Assembly: GCA_046317875.1 (NCBI GenBank)
Contig: JBKCVN010000022.1
Span: 18,654-82,653, forward strand
Direction of reading: 5' to 3'
DNA from: Alphaproteobacteria bacterium
Lineage (GTDB): Bacteria; Pseudomonadota; Alphaproteobacteria; UBA7879; UBA5542
Length of the DNA: 64,000 bases
The notes under the pieces are model-generated. The model searched no databases and was not told the DNA's origin. It worked only from the letters and a program-made list of their open reading frames with translations. Position 1 is the first letter of the stretch. Each line of letters begins with the position of its first letter. A program made the translations under genes and the position numbers. Positions 60,270 through 64,000 of the stretch are shown here, in pieces.

Positions 60270-61246
60270 ATACCCTCTTCCTTTAAGGGCCGAGACAAAA
60301 GGGATTCAATAGCTACATCAATGTGGACATTTTTATAAAGCACATCATACACCATGGTGCATAAGGGCATTTCTACTTTTAATAATTTGATCAAGGTCTG
60401 CAAGGCTTCTGTGGTGTAAAAACCTTCTACAGTTGTTGTGCTCAGGAAGTGACGATCCACATTTTGTCTTTGGCCCATCTCAAACCCAAATTGAAAATTC
60501 CGTGATTGGGTTCCCATACACGTTAAAACAACATCCCCTACCCCAGAGAGTCCCAAAAAAGTTTCTTCTCGCGCACCTTTTGCCAAACCCAGCATTTTAA
60601 TTTCATGTAACCCCCGTGTAATAAGAGAAGCCACTGCATTCTCACCAAATCCCCGGGCTCTTACAATGCCACAAGCAATGGCTAAAACATTTTTTACAGC
60701 TCCCCCAATTTGAACCCCTATTACATCACTATTTAAATAGGGGCGAAAATTACGATGAGCAAAAGCTTGAACAACCATCTGTCCTTTTTCTTTATTTTTA
60801 CAACCTATAGTCGTGGCCGCCGGATGGTTTCGAATAATTTCAGAGGCAAAATTGGGTCCTGATAAAATAGCAATAGGATTGCTTATCTCTTGTGCTGCCA
60901 CCTCTCCCATAAGGAGTCCTGTGGACTGCTCAATACCCTTAGAGGCAATAACACAAGGTGTATCAGAATTTATCACGCATTTGATGGTTCGCAAACAGGA
61001 CCGCAAAGATTGGGCGGGCACCACAAATACGACCAGATCAGACACAGATAAGGAATCATAAGAACTATCTATGGTGACGGCATCAGGCAACTTTACATCT
61101 GGAAACGCTTTCACATTTCGATGGGTATGAGCGTGGTTCACCTCATGCTCAAGCCCAATCATCGTCACATGAGATCCTGCCCTATAAGCCGTCAAGGCTA
61201 AAGCAGATCCCCATGCGCCCAATCCTATTACAGATACTTTTAACAT
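60266..61246 (-). CDS. gpsA: NAD(P)H-dependent glycerol-3-phosphate dehydrogenase
   Basis: IGLGAWGSALA, SKGIE, SGPNFA, KNVLAIACG, GLSGVGD, SRN. Confidence 0.96.
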   Translation of the reverse strand: MLKVSVIGLGAWGSALALTAYRAGSHVTMIGLEHEVNHAHTHRNVKAFPDVKLPDAVTIDSSYDSLSVSDLVVFVVPAQSLRSCLRTIKCVINSDTPCVIASKGIEQSTGLLMGEVAAQEISNPIAILSGPNFASEIIRNHPAATTIGCKNKEKGQMVVQAFAHRNFRPYLNSDVIGVQIGGAVKNVLAIACGIVRARGFGENAVASLITRGLHEIKMLGLAKGAREETFLGLSGVGDVVLTCMGTQSRNFQFGFEMGQRQNVDRHFLSTTTVEGFYTTEALQTLIKLLKVEMPLCTMVYDVLYKNVHIDVAIESLLSRPLKEEGI

Positions 61247-61319
61247 TTAACTTCTCTTTCTATCTGAGCCTGAGTATACTGGGAACATCGTTTTTTATGA
61301 ATAAAAAAGTATACACAAA

Positions 61320-62588
61320 ATGACCTTTCTTATTGGGGTTTCCTTTTCGGTAGCCGTTCTGCTGTTTTTAATTTCCTCTTTTTTTGCTTCAGCAGAAACA
61401 GCGCTCACAGCTTTTTCGCGTCCTCGAATTCACCGCCTAGCTAAAAGAGGAAATTTAAAAGCAAAACGGGTAGAAGACCTCTCTAAACAAATGAACAATG
61501 CGGTAGGCTCCATCCTTATCGGAAAAAATGTGATGGATATTTTGGCCACGTCATTAATAACCACTGTTTTTATGCAGCTTTTTGATGAAACAGGTATGAT
61601 TATTGCCACCATGGTTCTAACTTTTGTGGTGATCGTATTCTTGGAAGTGTTACCAAAAATGTACGCTATTACTTATCCTGAAACTTTAGCCTTGGCTATT
61701 GGTTGGACTATTCAAAAATGCGTGACTGTCTTAACCCCCCTTATGTATATTGTTCAAATTATTTCGGAAAAAACACTCAGTTTATTAGGTATGAGCATTT
61801 CACGAACCGAGTCTTGGCCTTCCGCCATAGAAGAACTTAGAAGTGCGATTGACCTACATGGTAAAGAGCGCCTGAAAAATGAAACTCATATGTTGCACAG
61901 CGTGCTAGATTTAGCATCTTTAACCGTTGAAGAAATTATGATTCACCGGTCAGATGTTCAGATGATTGATATAGAACAACCTCTTCAAGCTATTCATGAT
62001 CAAATTTTGAAAAGCCCCTATACTCGCCTTCCCGTATGGAAAAATTCACCTGAGAATATTTTGGGTATTTTAAATGTTAAAACATTTTTAAATGAATATC
62101 TCAAAGCGAAGGCCCATAAAAAAGAAGAGTTCGAATTGAAAAAGGCTCTTATTAAGCCTTGGTTCATTCCAGAAACCACGCCCCTTCTTCATCAGATGCA
62201 TGCCTTTCGTTCAAAAAGAAGCCATCTGGCCATTGTAATTGATGAATATGGATCATTCTCGGGCATTGTAACCCTGGAAGATATTCTAGAAGAAATTGTG
62301 GGTGAAATTGACGATGAGCATGACATCAAAAGCATGAACATACGTCCCACCAAAGATGGGGCTTATTTAATGGAAGGCATCGTAACCCTGAGGGATATTA
62401 ATAAACAATTCGATCTTGAAATACCCGATGAAGAGATGTCGACCCTTGCAGGCCTTTTAATTCACGAAAGCCAAGCCATTCCTGAGGTGGGTCAAAAATT
62501 CCATTTTTATGGGATAACTTTTACCATTATTCGGCGTGAAGAAAATCAAATTACCCTTGTGCGTGTAGAGCTTCCTCAAAAAAAATGA
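61320..62588 (+). CDS. CNNM/HlyC/CorC family transporter (DUF21-CBS-CorC)
   Basis: [18 protein letters not shown] pair ([27 protein letters not shown]), CorC tail. Confidence 0.93.
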   Translation: MTFLIGVSFSVAVLLFLISSFFASAETALTAFSRPRIHRLAKRGNLKAKRVEDLSKQMNNAVGSILIGKNVMDILATSLITTVFMQLFDETGMIIATMVLTFVVIVFLEVLPKMYAITYPETLALAIGWTIQKCVTVLTPLMYIVQIISEKTLSLLGMSISRTESWPSAIEELRSAIDLHGKERLKNETHMLHSVLDLASLTVEEIMIHRSDVQMIDIEQPLQAIHDQILKSPYTRLPVWKNSPENILGILNVKTFLNEYLKAKAHKKEEFELKKALIKPWFIPETTPLLHQMHAFRSKRSHLAIVIDEYGSFSGIVTLEDILEEIVGEIDDEHDIKSMNIRPTKDGAYLMEGIVTLRDINKQFDLEIPDEEMSTLAGLLIHESQAIPEVGQKFHFYGITFTIIRREENQITLVRVELPQKK

Positions 62589-63298
62589 GATCACTTCTTG
62601 ATGTTATTTTCCCTCCATTGTGCCCCGTATGTGAATGTGTGGTACCTAAGAAAAGTACTTTTTGTGCCACCTGTTGGTCTAAATTAAACTTTATTTCAGA
62701 CCCTTTTTGTACACAGTGTTCTCTTCCTTTTGAAAGCAGCACATTGGAAGAAAATTCAGCTTTCTATAAGTGTGCTAGCTGCCTTCAAACCCCACCTGCT
62801 TTTTCTTCATCACGATCAGTTTATGTATACGATGATGCGTGTAAAAAAATGATTTTATCTTTTAAACATGGGCAATCTCTTCATCTGGGCCCCGTACTTG
62901 CCGACGGGATGTGGCATGCAGGAAAATCTCTTTTGGAAAGTTCAGACTTAATTTTGCCTGTCCCCCTTCACTGGAAGCGTTTATATAAACGAGGATTCAA
63001 TCAATCGGCTGTTTTAGCTCGTCACATCAGCGCGCTCTCCAAAAAGCCAGTGGCACTTAATTTATTAAAAAGAACCCAAAACACCCCTTCTCAGGGTATA
63101 TTATCTTTGGAAGATCGGACCAAAAATGTGAAAAATTGTTTTAAAGTAAGTGACTCACATCAAATTAAAAACCGCATAGTGGTGCTAATAGATGATGTGA
63201 TGACCACAGGGGCCACGTTAAATGCGTCTGCTCACGCCTTATTAAGAGCAGGAGCAAAGGAAGTTCGCACACTATGCATAGCCAGAGTTAAACCCTAA
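62585..63298 (+). CDS. comF: ComF family protein (double zinc ribbon plus phosphoribosyltransferase-like domain)
   Basis: FPPLCPVC, CATC, CTQC, CASC, PVPLH..R...RGFNQS, LIDDVMTTGATL. Confidence 0.93.
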   Translation: MRSLLDVIFPPLCPVCECVVPKKSTFCATCWSKLNFISDPFCTQCSLPFESSTLEENSAFYKCASCLQTPPAFSSSRSVYVYDDACKKMILSFKHGQSLHLGPVLADGMWHAGKSLLESSDLILPVPLHWKRLYKRGFNQSAVLARHISALSKKPVALNLLKRTQNTPSQGILSLEDRTKNVKNCFKVSDSHQIKNRIVVLIDDVMTTGATLNASAHALLRAGAKEVRTLCIARVKP

Positions 63299-63314
63299 CA
63301 ATGAGAGAAGACTT

Positions 63315-63569
63315 ATGAAAAAAGTGATTATTTATACAACAACTTATTGTCCATATTGTGTAAAAGCTAAAAGACTTCTAGAGAAGAAGAAGGTAGCTTA
63401 TGAAGAAATAGACGTGACCCATAATGAAGCCTTGCGGGATGACATGATGAAAAAAGCCGAAGGTCGCCGTACGGTGCCCCAAATTTTCATTGAGGGGAAA
63501 CCTATTGGTGGATGTGATGACTTACATGCCTTAGATGCCTCAGGGAACCTTGATTTAATGTTGGCATAA
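63315..63569 (+). CDS. grxC: Glutaredoxin 3
   Basis: CPYC active site, TVPQIFI, IGGCDDL. Confidence 0.97.
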   Translation: MKKVIIYTTTYCPYCVKAKRLLEKKKVAYEEIDVTHNEALRDDMMKKAEGRRTVPQIFIEGKPIGGCDDLHALDASGNLDLMLA

Positions 63570-63624
63570 GTCCTGTATTTTACGTATAAATCACACAAGT
63601 TAATTTTTATAAAGCGAGCATAAA

Positions 63625-64000
63625 ATGTTGTTTTTAGGGTTTATTTTTATTGTTGTGATTTTCTTTCTTTTTTAACGGCTTTTACTGTTCAACAACAGAA
63701 AGTAGCGATCATTGAGCGTCTAGGAAAATTTCAAAAGTTGGCCCTTCCTGGGTTAAACTTCAGAGTTCCTTTTCTGGATCATGTGGTGGGGTATGTGAAC
63801 TTACGCATTCAGCAACTAGACGTTCACGTAGAGACCAAAACAAAAGACAACGTGTTCGTTAACATTATGGTTTCAGTTCAATATCATGTTCTTCCCGATA
63901 AAATTTTTGAAGCCTATTATCGGTTGGAAAACCCCGTTCATCAAATTCAGGCCTATGTTTTTGATGTGGTACGCGCCAAAGTTCCCAACATTCACTTAGA
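63625..64000 (+). CDS. SPFH/band-7 domain protein, partial at the window edge, with an apparent frameshift near 63670; not in the ORF track
   Basis: The frame from 63681 reads FTVQQQKVAIIERLGKFQKLALPGLNFRVPF..LRIQQLDVHVETKTKDNVFV..VSVQY; the ATG and TM anchor (MLFLGFIFIVVIFFLF) are in a different frame ending at TAA 63673-63675. Confidence 0.8.

Overview
A gene-dense, AT-rich segment of core chromosome from an alphaproteobacterium. Gene content (alpha-type GyrA C-terminal insert, rsmI-yraN-BON-comM, DUF3035, comF-grxC, a partial T6SS, many signal-peptide orphan genes, ProP-like MFS, BioY) suggests a Holosporales-like endosymbiont of eukaryotes; this is inference, not a database result. From left to right: a low-GC surface-glycan cluster (an unlisted kinase-like ORF, a GT2-like glycosyltransferase, an ABC flippase, two head-to-head AsnB-type amidotransferases); ssb-gyrA-ileS-lspA-pfkA; a secreted trypsin-like protease; potGHI; MATE; rsmI-yraN-BON-comM; tRNA-Gln(CUG)-bioY; groES-groEL with a CIRCE; LysR-MFS; envelope genes; tssK-tssL-tssM-tssA; potF-DUF3035-pgi-mutL; alternative oxidase; recG, rpsU, ihfB, argS, rpsD, pal; an XRE-receiver fusion; ygfZ, GT9, gpsA, corC, comF, grxC; and a truncated SPFH gene. 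No transposase, prophage, rRNA or CRISPR array was seen. The best leads are a T6SS module lacking tssJ, natural S83L plus D87N equivalents in GyrA, a gene-order pattern resembling a circularly permuted 30 kb block, an XRE-HTH/Rcp1-like receiver fusion preceded by an alpha-type LexA box, a frameshift in the SPFH gene, and a possible structured RNA upstream of rpsD.
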